From assembly GCA_963823345.1 (NCBI GenBank), contig CAWGLE010000013.1:65438-129437 (forward strand): a DNA stretch of 64,000 nucleotides, in the 5' to 3' direction. Of the stretch, positions 1 through 8,836 are shown piece by piece; the stretch's first letter is position 1; the number at the start of each line of letters is the position of its first letter. This DNA is from Candidatus Sulfomarinibacteraceae bacterium (lineage in GTDB: Bacteria; Acidobacteriota; Thermoanaerobaculia; Thermoanaerobaculales; Sulfomarinibacteraceae). The notes under the pieces were generated by a model. That model had not been told where the DNA came from and made no database searches. It worked only from the letters and a program-made list of their open reading frames with translations. A program made the position numbers and the translations under genes.

Positions 1-1
1 T

Positions 2-2569
2 GTCGGCGTGTGGGACGCCGCGACCGGCGAAAATGTCCGGTTTCTGCGCGGCCACAAGGGGGCTGCGACCGTCGTTCTCCCGGTGGGCGGGTCGATCGCC
101 GCCGGTGGCGAGGACGGCACCATCCGGTTGTGGTCGCTCGACAAGGGCGAATCCCAGCGGGTGATCCGGCTGGACAACCCGATCCATGATCTGGCGGCGA
201 AGGCCGACGGCTCGGGGCTGATCGCGGCCCTCGGCTCCCACGTCAACCTGGTGCCCTTGAGCGAGCCCTCAGCCTCGCCCCTGCCGCTGGTCCTCGCCGA
301 GTCGGCGGCGTCCGGCGAGCTCGCCCGTCGAGAGCGCCAGTTTCAAGAGCACCTGGGTCGGGCGCGCGAGCTCCTGCGCACGGAGGCGGTGGCGGAGGCG
401 GTGGGTCCGTTGCGACAGGCCCGGGCGGTGCCGGGATACGAGCTCCACGAGGAGGCACTCGACCTGTGGAACGGAGTGCTGGCCCACTTCCCGAAGGCCG
501 AGTCCCGCGCCGTCGTCGAGCTGCGCAGATTCAGCGGCGGACGCGGTCCTTTGACCGCATGCGGTCTGACGCCGGACGGGTCGAAGATACTGGTCGGCGG
601 CGCCGACGGGTCGCTGATCGCGTTCGACTCGCACACCGGGGACGAGATCTTCGCCGTTGCGGCCCACCCTCAGAGCGTGACCGCCCTCGCCGTGAGCGCG
701 GACGGCGAAATGGCGGCGACCGCATCGCGAGACGGTTCGGTCGGGGTGTGGCGGATTGCTGACGGCGAGAGACGTTACCGTTTCGGAGGCGGCGACGCGG
801 CGGTGCGGTCGGTAGTTTTTGCGCGGGGCGACCGGGCGGTGATCGCCGCCGGCGACGACAAGGTCGTCCGCGTGTGGCGGCTGGACGAAACCGCACGCGC
901 CGAGACGGTCGGCGGGTGCGACGACGCGGTCTCGGATCTCGACGTGAGCGCGGACGGACGGTTTCTGGTCGGTGGCGGGTGGGACAATCTGGTCACGGTG
1001 TGGAACCTCGGTCGGCGGGTCGAGCTGCGGCGGATGGAAGGCCACGAGGGGATGGTTCACGCCGTCGCCGTCAGCCCCGATTGCCGGCTCGTGGCGTCGG
1101 CCGGAGACGACGGCACGGTGCGCCTCTGGGACCTCGAAAACGGCAGAATCTGGCGCACCCTTTCCGGTCACGATGATGCGGTGCTGGCGGTGGCGTTCAC
1201 ACCCGATGCGCGCCACCTCCTTTCGGCCGGCAAGGACGCCACCGTTCGTCTCTGGGACGCCCGCACGGGAAGCGCGGTCCGGGTGGTCAAGGGCCACGCG
1301 GGGGGCGTCGCCGATCTGGTGGTCGGTCGCGACGGCGGGACGGCGGTCTCGGTCGGATCGGATGGAAGTGCGCGTCTCTGGTTTCTCGACTGGGAGCCGG
1401 AGCTCGCCGAACGCGGCCCGTGGGACGACCGGGTCCGTCCCTTCCTGCAGGTGTTTCTGAGACAGCGTGAAGGAGATTCCCCGGAGGGGGCGCCGCCGAC
1501 GTGGTCGGACCAAGAGCTCGCAGAGCTGCTCGAGGACCTGGGGCGGCGCGGGTTCGGCTGGCTCGCCCGTGAACGCGTCGAGCAGGAGCTCGAGAGGCTC
1601 GTCGCGTTCCGCGGCGAGAGCCGGGCCGAGGAGCAGGAAAAGGCCCGCGAGCAGGCCAGGCGAAGGGCTCGGCAGGTCAGGGTTGCGCCGGTCAAGGAGA
1701 TCGCCGAGGGTCTCTCGCGGAATCTCGGGCTCAAGGCGGCGGCGGTAGCGGCGGCGGTGATTGTGGTCCTGGTTGCGCTGTGGAGCCTGACCTCACCCTC
1801 CGGATCGGTGAAGTACGGCCGTGCCTACCACGAGATCGGTGCGACGGTCGAAGGCCGCGCGCTCCGGGTGGACCAGGGGACCGTGGTCGCCTACCAGACC
1901 GGAGTTTCGGGGGGCTCGCGTGACTGCGGTCAGGAGGAGTTCTCGGACCTCGTGCGGGTGGCGCTCAATGCCGAGAGCCTCCGCACGCCGCCGCCGGACC
2001 CCGGCGTCGGCGCCGACAAGGGGTTTCGGGAACGCTACGCCAACGCCGTCAACTGCGTCGGCAAGCTGGGCGAGAAGGATCTGATCCCGCAGGTGTTGCA
2101 ACGTGCCGCCAAAGGGCTCCACCCGAAGAGGACGGAGGACCTGGTCGGAGTGCTGGTCGGCATCGGCGCCGCGCAGGATCCCCGGATCGAGAGCGCACTT
2201 ACCGATCCGTCGGCGTCGGTGCGGCACCTCGCCGCGCTGACCCTGGTCTATGGCAGCGATGACCACGGTGCGGCAGTCCTCTTCAAGGCGCTTGAGGGGG
2301 ACGACCGGCGCGGGGTCGAGGCCGCGGCGTCGGTGCTGACCGATTTGATGTGTCTCGGTGTGATCAACGAAGACGAGGCCTTCGAAACGGCGCGCAGGTT
2401 CTGTCAGAACATCGACCCCGAGGTCCGGCGGAACGCCGTCCGGACGCTGGTTCTTTTCGAGTACGAGAAACCCGTCCGCGAACTGCTCGAAGGCGCCCTC
2501 GACGACTCGGATGCCGAGGTCGCAGCGGCCGCCCGCGAGGTCAGAGACACCATCGAGAGGGTGGATTAG
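2..2569 (+). CDS. WD40-repeat protein (5' end outside the window) with a charged linker, one predicted TM helix and C-terminal HEAT-like repeats
   Basis: ORF track gives 8..2569, but the frame stays open to base 2 (VGVWDAATGE), so the N-terminus lies upstream. Repeated WD endings: IRLWSL, VGVWRI, VRVWRL, VTVWNL, VRLWDL, VRLWDA, ARLWFL. An E/R-rich stretch is followed by the hydrophobic segment AAAVAAAVIVVLVALWSL. HEAT-like units follow (DPSASVRHLAALTL, DPEVRRNAVRTLV, DSDAEVAAAAREV). Confidence 0.8.
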   Translation, partial: VGVWDAATGENVRFLRGHKGAATVVLPVGGSIAAGGEDGTIRLWSLDKGESQRVIRLDNPIHDLAAKADGSGLIAALGSHVNLVPLSEPSASPLPLVLAESAASGELARRERQFQEHLGRARELLRTEAVAEAVGPLRQARAVPGYELHEEALDLWNGVLAHFPKAESRAVVELRRFSGGRGPLTACGLTPDGSKILVGGADGSLIAFDSHTGDEIFAVAAHPQSVTALAVSADGEMAATASRDGSVGVWRIADGERRYRFGGGDAAVRSVVFARGDRAVIAAGDDKVVRVWRLDETARAETVGGCDDAVSDLDVSADGRFLVGGGWDNLVTVWNLGRRVELRRMEGHEGMVHAVAVSPDCRLVASAGDDGTVRLWDLENGRIWRTLSGHDDAVLAVAFTPDARHLLSAGKDATVRLWDARTGSAVRVVKGHAGGVADLVVGRDGGTAVSVGSDGSARLWFLDWEPELAERGPWDDRVRPFLQVFLRQREGDSPEGAPPTWSDQELAELLEDLGRRGFGWLARERVEQELERLVAFRGESRAEEQEKAREQARRRARQVRVAPVKEIAEGLSRNLGLKAAAVAAAVIVVLVALWSLTSPSGSVKYGRAYHEIGATVEGRALRVDQGTVVAYQTGVSGGSRDCGQEEFSDLVRVALNAESLRTPPPDPGVGADKGFRERYANAVNCVGKLGEKDLIPQVLQRAAKGLHPKRTEDLVGVLVGIGAAQDPRIESALTDPSASVRHLAALTLVYGSDDHGAAVLFKALEGDDRRGVEAAASVLTDLMCLGVINEDEAFETARRFCQNIDPEVRRNAVRTLVLFEYEKPVRELLEGALDDSDAEVAAAAREVRDTIERVD

Positions 2570-2787
2570 TCGGCGGCGAGGAGAGACTGCTCGACGTCGT
2601 CCCAGTCGAGGAGGAGAACTTCGGCGGGGGGCAGGGCCAGAGACCTCGTGAACTCGTCATCCAGGTCCGCGAGGTAGGACTCGAGCGCGTGGCGGAAGAT
2701 CTGCGCCCGCGACGAGTCGAAGGCCTTTGCCGCGCGGTCGACGCCGTCGACCAGCGAGTCGGGCAGTGTCGCGCTGATCTTCTTCAT
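2566..2787 (-). CDS. Ribbon-helix-helix (CopG-like) DNA-binding protein, antitoxin-like, no partner seen
   Basis: The internal ATG at 2787 gives a 73-aa product, MKKISATLPDSLVDGVDRAAKAFDSSRAQIFRHALESYL..., with a strand-helix-helix pattern. The longer 2566..2931 ORF reads through REP repeats. The 3' end overlaps the WD40 gene stop by 4 nt (convergent). Confidence 0.6.
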   Translation of the reverse strand: MKKISATLPDSLVDGVDRAAKAFDSSRAQIFRHALESYLADLDDEFTRSLALPPAEVLLLDWDDVEQSLLAAD

Positions 2788-2872
2788 ACGAAGCCCCTCC
2801 AGGCTTCTGAGTGATAGCAGCTTCACCGGGGGTGCTGATGTGATGCGGGTCACTTTCCCCGCCTTCCAGTCC

Positions 2873-3036
2873 TCGTGTGGGGCACGCGTCCCGCGTGCCG
2901 GGCGGGTGGGGTTGGGCGTGGGGGAGCCCACACGAAATTCAAAGGTTTTCCCCTCTCAACCGCCCGCCCGGCAGCCGGGACGGCTGCCCCACAACCGCTT
3001 CAGGATCTGGCCACTTGTGGGGCACGCGTTTCGGTG
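2873..3036. repeat. Cluster of three REP-like hairpin units (forward, reverse, degenerate forward)
   Basis: First unit, about 2875-2912: GTGGGGC-ACGCG-TCC-CGCGT-GCCGGGCGGGTGG. Second unit, about 2958-2996, is the reverse-complement type CCCGGCAGCCGGGACGGCTGCCCCACAA. Third unit from 3013 is the partial TTGTGGGGCACGCGTTTCGG. The same family recurs at 5.45, 12.2, 14.3, 21.8, 50.0 and 63.9 kb. Confidence 0.85.
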
Positions 3037-3051
3037 ACTGGCGGCACGGGG

Positions 3052-3180
3052 TTATTTCCGGGTTTTCGGCCGGTCCTTGTCGGGCGGATCCTGGAACTCC
3101 TGCCGGAGGTAACGGAAGACGCCGCCCACCAGAAAGAGGGCGATGATCACGAGGACCGCGATGAGCAGACCGAAGTGCAC
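3052..3180 (-). CDS. Possible 42-aa single-TM peptide (speculative)
   Basis: The GTG at 3180 gives VHFGLLIAVLVIIALFLVGGVFRYLRQEFQDPPDKDRPKTRK, 27 nt after the S41 gene stop. It has a hydrophobic helix and a charged tail. The only SD-like GAAGG abuts the start codon, so support is weak. Confidence 0.2.
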   Translation of the reverse strand: MHFGLLIAVLVIIALFLVGGVFRYLRQEFQDPPDKDRPKTRK

Positions 3181-3206
3181 CCTTCGATGGTAGCAGCAGC
3201 CGGTAG

Positions 3207-4826
3207 TCAGGGCTGCCGTCGAGCCGTCGGACGCCGCGGCCAGCGGCCCTCGATCCATCGCTTCGCGGCCTCCACAACGGTGTCCCGGCCCGCGGCGACA
3301 TCGTCGCGATCGAGCCAAACGTCCTCGTCGGGCTGGACGCCGGTGTGGGCGAGGTAGTGGTGGCCGTCTATCAGATAGCCGCTGCCGGTGGCTTTCGTGA
3401 AATACCAGTCGTCTCCCAGGTCGGGAAAATCCGACAGGGTGAAGGCCCCGTTGGTCGGCTTGCCGAAGGTGCGGACCATGGGGTGGAGGCCCATGCGCAG
3501 CGACTCCCAATCGCCGTTGCTGACCGCTCCGGGCCCGAACAGGACAGCGACAGGCTTGTCGTAGTAGGTGTCGGATTCGCCGGGAATTGTGAACATCGCG
3601 GCGGTGTGGGTAGGTGACGGGACCATGTCGAGGTGTTCTTCAGGGTCACCGCGGACATCGAAGGAGACCGCGGTGATCCTCTCGTTAAACAAAAGGCGGT
3701 AGCCATTGTGTGCCTCGCGCATGTCGCCGCCATAGTTGAGTCGGAAGTCGACGATGAGGCCGATCGTCTCATGGTGGTTCATCAGCTCGTCCAGCGCCTC
3801 GTACCACTGCTCGCTGATCCGGTACTGGTCGTCCCAATGCCACGAGGCAACGTAGATGTAGCCGATCTGCGTGTCCTCGATGACGCCCCATGTGATGTAG
3901 TCCTCGTTCACGAAGTCCGGCATCTCGACGCCGGGGATCGGCATTTGTTCGTTGCCCCAGATCGTGTCGTGCGGCTGGTTGAGAAGGAGGTCGGTGGGCA
4001 GGCTCACGATCTCGTCGGACCCGTGTTTCTGGATGTCAATGGTGTCGAAGAGGTGCCAGTTCATGCCGGCGCTCGTGAGCATACAGTGCTGCATCGAGTC
4101 ATCGGTGCTCCCCCATGACCCTCGGAGCTGGATGGGGAGTTCAGCCGCGAGCAACTGGGGGTAGAGGTCCTTCCACGGTACGCCGTCATAGCCGAGCACC
4201 AGGTCGCCGGGCTCGAGACCGAGGACGTGGTTCGGAAGCACTCGATAGACCAGCAACGACCCGTCCGGCATGGGCGTTAGAGCGGCGCCGAAGGGTGAGT
4301 GGTCGACCCAGGCGCCGACGATGAAGAGAGGAGTGTCGACGTTGATTCTGTTGGTCCAGTTCACCACGTCGTTCATGATCACTGTGTGAGCGTCCTTCAT
4401 GGCAAGCGACAGATGGTTCATGAGGGCCGCAAGTCGGCCCGCGCTCACGCCCTCCCGGATCTCCTGCCTGTACTGGCGGCGCAATACCTGCATGTCGACC
4501 TCGAGGTTCATATAGGCGCCGTAGTCGCGGTCGAGGTTGTCCCATGCGGCGTCGAAGATCGCCACCTGTTCGGCAGGCGTTGATCCGGGACCCCAATAGG
4601 CATCCACCATCTCGCGCCACTCCTCGACCGTGTGCCTGCCGACCTTTGTGAGGGGAGAGATCGCTGACCGGGAGATCGTCGCGCTCGTTCGCGGCTGATC
4701 GGCGTCGACCGGTGGCGCCGTCTGAGATCCCGATGACGCGGCGATCAGCAACGACGATGCCGCAACGGCACCCAGGGCGGCGGCCCGCGAGGCGGTCAAC
4801 CACGTTGTGATGCTTGGGGGCTTCAC
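3207..4826 (-). CDS. Secreted S41-family (C-terminal processing / tail-specific type) serine peptidase
   Basis: The ORF track extends to 4994, but that overlaps the divergent bfr start. The GTG at 4826 gives VKPPSITTWLTASRAAALGAVAASSLLIAASSG, which is signal-like. S41-type motifs: VDFRLNYGGD and GPGAVSNGDWESLRM...GKPTNGAF. Confidence 0.75.
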   Translation of the reverse strand: MKPPSITTWLTASRAAALGAVAASSLLIAASSGSQTAPPVDADQPRTSATISRSAISPLTKVGRHTVEEWREMVDAYWGPGSTPAEQVAIFDAAWDNLDRDYGAYMNLEVDMQVLRRQYRQEIREGVSAGRLAALMNHLSLAMKDAHTVIMNDVVNWTNRINVDTPLFIVGAWVDHSPFGAALTPMPDGSLLVYRVLPNHVLGLEPGDLVLGYDGVPWKDLYPQLLAAELPIQLRGSWGSTDDSMQHCMLTSAGMNWHLFDTIDIQKHGSDEIVSLPTDLLLNQPHDTIWGNEQMPIPGVEMPDFVNEDYITWGVIEDTQIGYIYVASWHWDDQYRISEQWYEALDELMNHHETIGLIVDFRLNYGGDMREAHNGYRLLFNERITAVSFDVRGDPEEHLDMVPSPTHTAAMFTIPGESDTYYDKPVAVLFGPGAVSNGDWESLRMGLHPMVRTFGKPTNGAFTLSDFPDLGDDWYFTKATGSGYLIDGHHYLAHTGVQPDEDVWLDRDDVAAGRDTVVEAAKRWIEGRWPRRPTARRQP

Positions 4827-4923
4827 GTCACTGGATATACGGCGGGCGGGGTGAAAAGGGTTTGTTCCGCGCCGCTCAGGTTGGAGGGTGTAGAATTCGA
4901 CGACGAGCGAAGGAGGATCACCG

Positions 4924-5415
4924 ATGTACGAAAAGAGTATCGAGCTTCTCAATACCGCGATCGCCGATGAGCTGGCGGCCATCCACCAGTACATGTACTT
5001 CCACTTCCGGTTGGACGACCTCGGTTACGCGCCGCTCGCCAATCTGTTGAAGATGACCGCGATCCAGGAAATGCAGCACGCCGAGATGATCGCCGAACGC
5101 ATCCTCTTTCTCGGCGGCGACGTCGAGATGAAGGTCGGTCGCGAAATCGAAAAGATCCACGACGCGGAGGGCATGCTCAAGAAGGCCGACGCATTGGAGC
5201 AGGACGCCATTCAAATGTACAACCGCTTCGCCAACGAGTGCGCTCAGAATGCGGACTCGGGGACCAAGAAGCTCTTCGAAGAGCTGGTGGCCGCCGAGGA
5301 AGGCCACTGGGACCAGTTCGACCAGCAGTCGGAGCACGTCAAGCGCTTCGGCGAACAGTACCTCGCGCTGCAGTCCTTCCAGAGCGGCCCGCCGGAGGGT
5401 GGTGCCGCGCAGTAG
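4924..5415 (+). CDS. bfr: Bacterioferritin
   Basis: 163 aa with a ferritin-like four-helix pattern: ELAAIHQYMYFHF and IQEMQHAEMIAERILFLGG. This includes the Met aligned with the Bfr haem ligand and the di-iron E..H motifs. GAAGGAGG lies 6 nt upstream of the ATG. Confidence 0.9.
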   Translation: MYEKSIELLNTAIADELAAIHQYMYFHFRLDDLGYAPLANLLKMTAIQEMQHAEMIAERILFLGGDVEMKVGREIEKIHDAEGMLKKADALEQDAIQMYNRFANECAQNADSGTKKLFEELVAAEEGHWDQFDQQSEHVKRFGEQYLALQSFQSGPPEGGAAQ

Positions 5416-5417
5416 CA

Positions 5418-5615
5418 GCGTTGCACGTTAAAACGTTAGAACGTGAGAACGTTCCCGCCACCCACCCGGCAGCCGGGACGGCCGCCCCACAAAGGTCCTC
5501 AATCCCGATGATGCATTGTGGTGCGGGCGTCCCGCCCGCACTTCTTCTTGAATACCTATGAGCGTGGGGCGGTTCGGCGGAACGTTCTAACGTGTAACGT
5601 TCCAACGTTTCAACG
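5418..5615. repeat. Composite intergenic element: octamer array, REP pair, inverted octamer array
   Basis: Left ACGTTNNN x4 array at 5418-5455. Reverse REP at 5454-5494 (CCCACCCGGCAGCCGGGACGGCCGCCCCACAA). Forward REP at 5514-5541 (TTGTGGTGCGGGCGTCCCGCCCGCAC). Right array at 5579-5615. The right array is close to the reverse complement of the left one. The element lies between the convergent bfr and cytochrome genes. Confidence 0.9.
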
Positions 5616-5688
5616 ATTCTCCCGCTTTCCGGCCTGTACGAAAAAGCGGGCGCCGCAGCGCCCGCTGTTTCGATTCGGTGCCTGAAGC

Positions 5689-6103
5689 TCAGTGCTTGCC
5701 GGGCTCGAGTGCGACGCCTCGCCTTTCATACGTCGCGTAGGCCTCGAGCGCGATCATCTGGCGGTCGTCGAGGGCGAGGGTCTCCCCCTCGAGCGGGTTC
5801 ATGATGCACCAGTTGATCATTTCGCGGAAGGTCGCGACCCGGCCCAGCTGCTGCTGGAACTTGGGGTAGGTCTCGGGGTGGGTGTTGGTTGCGTTGGGGT
5901 GGCACTGGCCGCAAGCGACGCCGTTGGTGCCGAGCTTCGGGCTGCCCCACAGCGCGCGGCCCTCGGTGACGACCGTCATGAACTCGCCCTCCCAGCGTTC
6001 CAGGTCCTTGTCGGTGAACTCGTCGGCCTGGAGGCCGTAGCCGACCAGGATACGACGCGGCGGCCACGAAGGCGATCGCGACCCACAGGTCTTTCTTGAA
6101 CAT
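5689..6103 (-). CDS. Periplasmic monohaem c-type cytochrome, apparent +1 frameshift
   Basis: The ATG at 6103 has AGGAGG 7 nt upstream and encodes the signal peptide MFKKDLWVAIAFVAAAS. The mature part with CGQCH is in the 5689..6108 frame. The frames have to be joined near 6052-6058. Length is 415 nt = 3n+1. Confidence 0.75.
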
Positions 6104-6113
6104 GGCAAACCTC

Positions 6114-7193
6114 CTAGTACTGCGTTTGCGGCGGGATCCGGTCTGCCGGGTCCTGGAATTTGGTGTCTTCAGGCTGCCCGGTCTCCCGGTTGAACGCCAC
6201 CGTCCGATTGGTGTTGTTGTAGAGGTTGTACTCGAGATCGACGCGCCCGGTCTTGACGTTGATGAACTGCCATCCGGTGGCGTCGCGCTCGAAGAACGGG
6301 TTGGCCCGGTTCATCGGCACCGTGATCTTCGGCATGTGGCTTTCCGCCTGCGCGTAGGCCCGCGGGTAGGGCCACGGCCAGGCGGTGGCCATCACCGCGT
6401 TGAAGCTGATGTTGCCGATCTGGTTGTACTGGATCTGGTGGACGTGGCCGTACACCACCGAGGCGTCGTTGAAGGGTTGGAGCAGGGCCTGCACATCTTC
6501 GGCGTCCTCGGTCCAGAAGTTCCAGCCTTTATAGATCTTCTGGATGGGGGAGTGGGAGAAGACGACCACCGGAGTGCTCTTGGCCACCCCCGACAGGTCC
6601 TTGGCGAGCCACTGGCGCTGCTTCTCGCCGACCATGAAGGGTGATCCGTTGGGGTTGTCGAGACCGGCCATCTCGAGCATCCGCTGCTCAGGCGTGGGCC
6701 AACGATCGAAGGTCCACTCGTCGTAGGTGAGGATGCTGTTCAAGACCACGAAGTGGACCCCCTTGTGGTCGAAGCTGTACCAGTGGGGGCCGAAGAGCTC
6801 CGACCAGTACTCGCCGAGGTCGAGATAATAGTCGTGCTCTCCCATGACCATGTGGGTCGGGTAGTTCAGCTTCGCGAGCATTTCGGCGCCGTGGTCGAGC
6901 TCCGGCTTGCTGCCGAGCTGGGCGAGGTCGCCGCCGAACATCACGAAGTCCGGTTTGGGTTGCAGGAGATTGGTCTCGGCGACCGCACGGATCAGACCGC
7001 GGTCCCAGTTGTAGACGAAACGTGCGCCCGAGATGTGCTGAATGTGGGCGTCTGAGATATAGGCGAACGTGAAGTTTTTCGTGGGGTCGGCGAAGGCCAA
7101 CTCCACCATGCTGACGGGCAGGGCGCTGGCCGCAGCGACGGCGCCGGCACCTTTGATGAATCCGCGTCGGGTCAGTTTTGAGTCAGTCATCAT
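6114..7193 (-). CDS. Tat-exported calcineurin-like metallophosphoesterase
   Basis: Twin-arginine signal MMTDSKLTRRGFIKGAGAVAAASALP. Metallophosphoesterase motifs: ISDAHI, GGDLAQ, GEHD, VVLNS, GHVHQ. Confidence 0.85.
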   Translation of the reverse strand: MMTDSKLTRRGFIKGAGAVAAASALPVSMVELAFADPTKNFTFAYISDAHIQHISGARFVYNWDRGLIRAVAETNLLQPKPDFVMFGGDLAQLGSKPELDHGAEMLAKLNYPTHMVMGEHDYYLDLGEYWSELFGPHWYSFDHKGVHFVVLNSILTYDEWTFDRWPTPEQRMLEMAGLDNPNGSPFMVGEKQRQWLAKDLSGVAKSTPVVVFSHSPIQKIYKGWNFWTEDAEDVQALLQPFNDASVVYGHVHQIQYNQIGNISFNAVMATAWPWPYPRAYAQAESHMPKITVPMNRANPFFERDATGWQFINVKTGRVDLEYNLYNNTNRTVAFNRETGQPEDTKFQDPADRIPPQTQY

Positions 7194-7199
7194 CCACCT

Positions 7200-8351
7200 C
7201 TACTTCCCGCCGTCGGCAGGGTCGGTCGGCTTCTCGAATTCGGGGCTGGTCAGCGCCTCCATGAACGCCACCAGATCGTCGATCTGATCCTCGTCGAGAT
7301 TGAGGGGCCGGATGCCCCCGGACAGGAAGTCGTTGACGGGATCGCCGACGTCGGTCACGCCACCGTTGTTGTAGTGAATGACCACATCCTTGAGGGTCTC
7401 GATGCTGCCGTCGTGCATGTAGGGGGCGGTGACGGCGATGTTGCGCAGGGTCGGGGTCTTGAACGACCCGAGGTCGTCAAAGCCGTGGCTGATGGCGAAA
7501 CGACCGAGCTCGGACGTCTTCGGGTCGGTCAGCACCTCGACATCAACCTCGGACAGATTCATGTCGGCTTCGAGAAAATTCGCCGCGAGCTTGGGCACGT
7601 CCGATTGAATGTTGTTGATGCCGACGCCGATGTTGTGGAAGCGGTTGTCGGTGAAGAGAGCCTGGGTCTGCTCGACGACGTGGCAGGAGACGCAACGGCC
7701 CTGGTTGACGAACAGGTCGAAGCCGCGAATCTGCTGCTCGGTCAGGGCGTCCGTTTCGCCGGCGAAGTAGTAGCGGTCGAAGGGCGAGTTCCCGGAAATC
7801 ACGGTTCTCTCGAAAGAGGCGATCGCGAGGGTGACCTCCCGCATCGTGATGTCCTCGCCCGATTTCCCGAAGACCTCCTTGAATGCCGCGGCGTACTCCG
7901 GGTCGGTGCGCACGATCTCGAGAATCGGGTCGTGGCTCGGGAGCCCGTGCTCCACCGGGTTGATGAACGGGTGCAACGCCTGGTTTTCGAGATCCGCCGA
8001 GCGGCCGTCCCAGAACTGGGTCGTGAAGTAGGCGGAGTTGATCACGGTGGGGGCATTGCGGGTGCCGGTGAGTTTGTTGATGCCCTCAGACGTCTTGAGA
8101 GGACTGTCCGTGAAGGCCTTTTTCTGGTCGTGGCAGGTGAAACACCCCACCTCACCCGTGGTGCTGAATCGAGTCTCGTTGTAGAGCTTCTCCCCGAGCG
8201 CGATCTTTTCCGGAGTCTGCGGATTGTCCTCCGGGATCGGCACCGGTGGAAGACCCAGCGGCGTCCCGTGCTGCTGACCGGCGTTGCTGAGGGCTCCCGC
8301 CGCGGCCAGCAGAGCGGCGCCCAGGATCACGATGAATACACCTTTCCTCAT
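7200..8351 (-). CDS. ccp: Di-haem cytochrome c peroxidase (CcpA/MauG family)
   Basis: The ATG at 8351 has AAGGAGG upstream and gives the signal peptide MRKGVFIVILGAALLAAAGA. Two CxxCH motifs are present (CFTCHD, CVSCHV). The start overlaps the upstream stop as ATGA. The longer 8573 start in the ORF track would overlap the regulator gene. Confidence 0.9.
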   Translation of the reverse strand: MRKGVFIVILGAALLAAAGALSNAGQQHGTPLGLPPVPIPEDNPQTPEKIALGEKLYNETRFSTTGEVGCFTCHDQKKAFTDSPLKTSEGINKLTGTRNAPTVINSAYFTTQFWDGRSADLENQALHPFINPVEHGLPSHDPILEIVRTDPEYAAAFKEVFGKSGEDITMREVTLAIASFERTVISGNSPFDRYYFAGETDALTEQQIRGFDLFVNQGRCVSCHVVEQTQALFTDNRFHNIGVGINNIQSDVPKLAANFLEADMNLSEVDVEVLTDPKTSELGRFAISHGFDDLGSFKTPTLRNIAVTAPYMHDGSIETLKDVVIHYNNGGVTDVGDPVNDFLSGGIRPLNLDEDQIDDLVAFMEALTSPEFEKPTDPADGGK

Positions 8352-8809
8352 TTCGAAACCTCCTTCTTTCCCTTTTCTCGGCAGGTTCGGCACGTCCCCC
8401 GGAGCTGCACGCGATAGTCGCGGACCTCGAAGCCGAAGGCCGAGGTGTCGGGCAGCGGCAGCCCGGCCAGGGCTTCGTCTTCGAAGTCGATGAAGTCGTT
8501 GCAGTGGAGGCACACCAGGTGGTGGTGGATGTCGGTGCGCGGGTCGAATCTCGCGACCGCGCCCGGGTGGCACGCCTTGGTGATGACGCCCATGCGGGCG
8601 AGTTGTTCGAGGGTGCGGTACACCGTCGTCCGGGCGATGCCGGGAACGCGGGCCTCGACCGCTTCGAATATCCGGTCAGCCGAAGGGTGGTTGTCGAGAT
8701 CGAGGACCGTTTCGAGGATGACCTGGCGCTGCACCGTGACGCGCTCTCCGCGCTCACGGCACAACCGTTTGAACTCCCGGATCCGGTCTTCTTTTGTCGT
8801 GACGTCCAT
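8348..8809 (-). CDS. Fur-family metalloregulator (PerR/Fur-like)
   Basis: 153 aa. Winged-helix part is RVTVQRQVILETVL...TTVYRTLEQLARMGVI. The metal-binding part has HHHLVCLHCNDF and CRTC. It is the first gene of the peroxidase operon. Confidence 0.85.
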   Translation of the reverse strand: MDVTTKEDRIREFKRLCRERGERVTVQRQVILETVLDLDNHPSADRIFEAVEARVPGIARTTVYRTLEQLARMGVITKACHPGAVARFDPRTDIHHHLVCLHCNDFIDFEDEALAGLPLPDTSAFGFEVRDYRVQLRGTCRTCREKGKKEVSK

Positions 8810-8836
8810 GTTCCGCCCAGGTCCCGGGCCACGCCG

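Noticed and set aside
2566-2787. RHH gene as half of a toxin-antitoxin module
   Set aside because: No adjacent small ORF with toxin-like features exists on either side. Downstream is the WD40 gene on the other strand and upstream is a REP cluster. It is therefore called only as an orphan RHH protein.
8352-8573. N-terminal extension of the peroxidase ORF given in the ORF track
   Set aside because: It would overlap most of the Fur-family gene. The ATG at 8351 has AAGGAGG upstream and gives a proper signal peptide. For the same reason the extended ORF starts were trimmed at 4994, 8916, 10917, 28838, 31020, 38402, 38425, 44177, 47723 and 58801.
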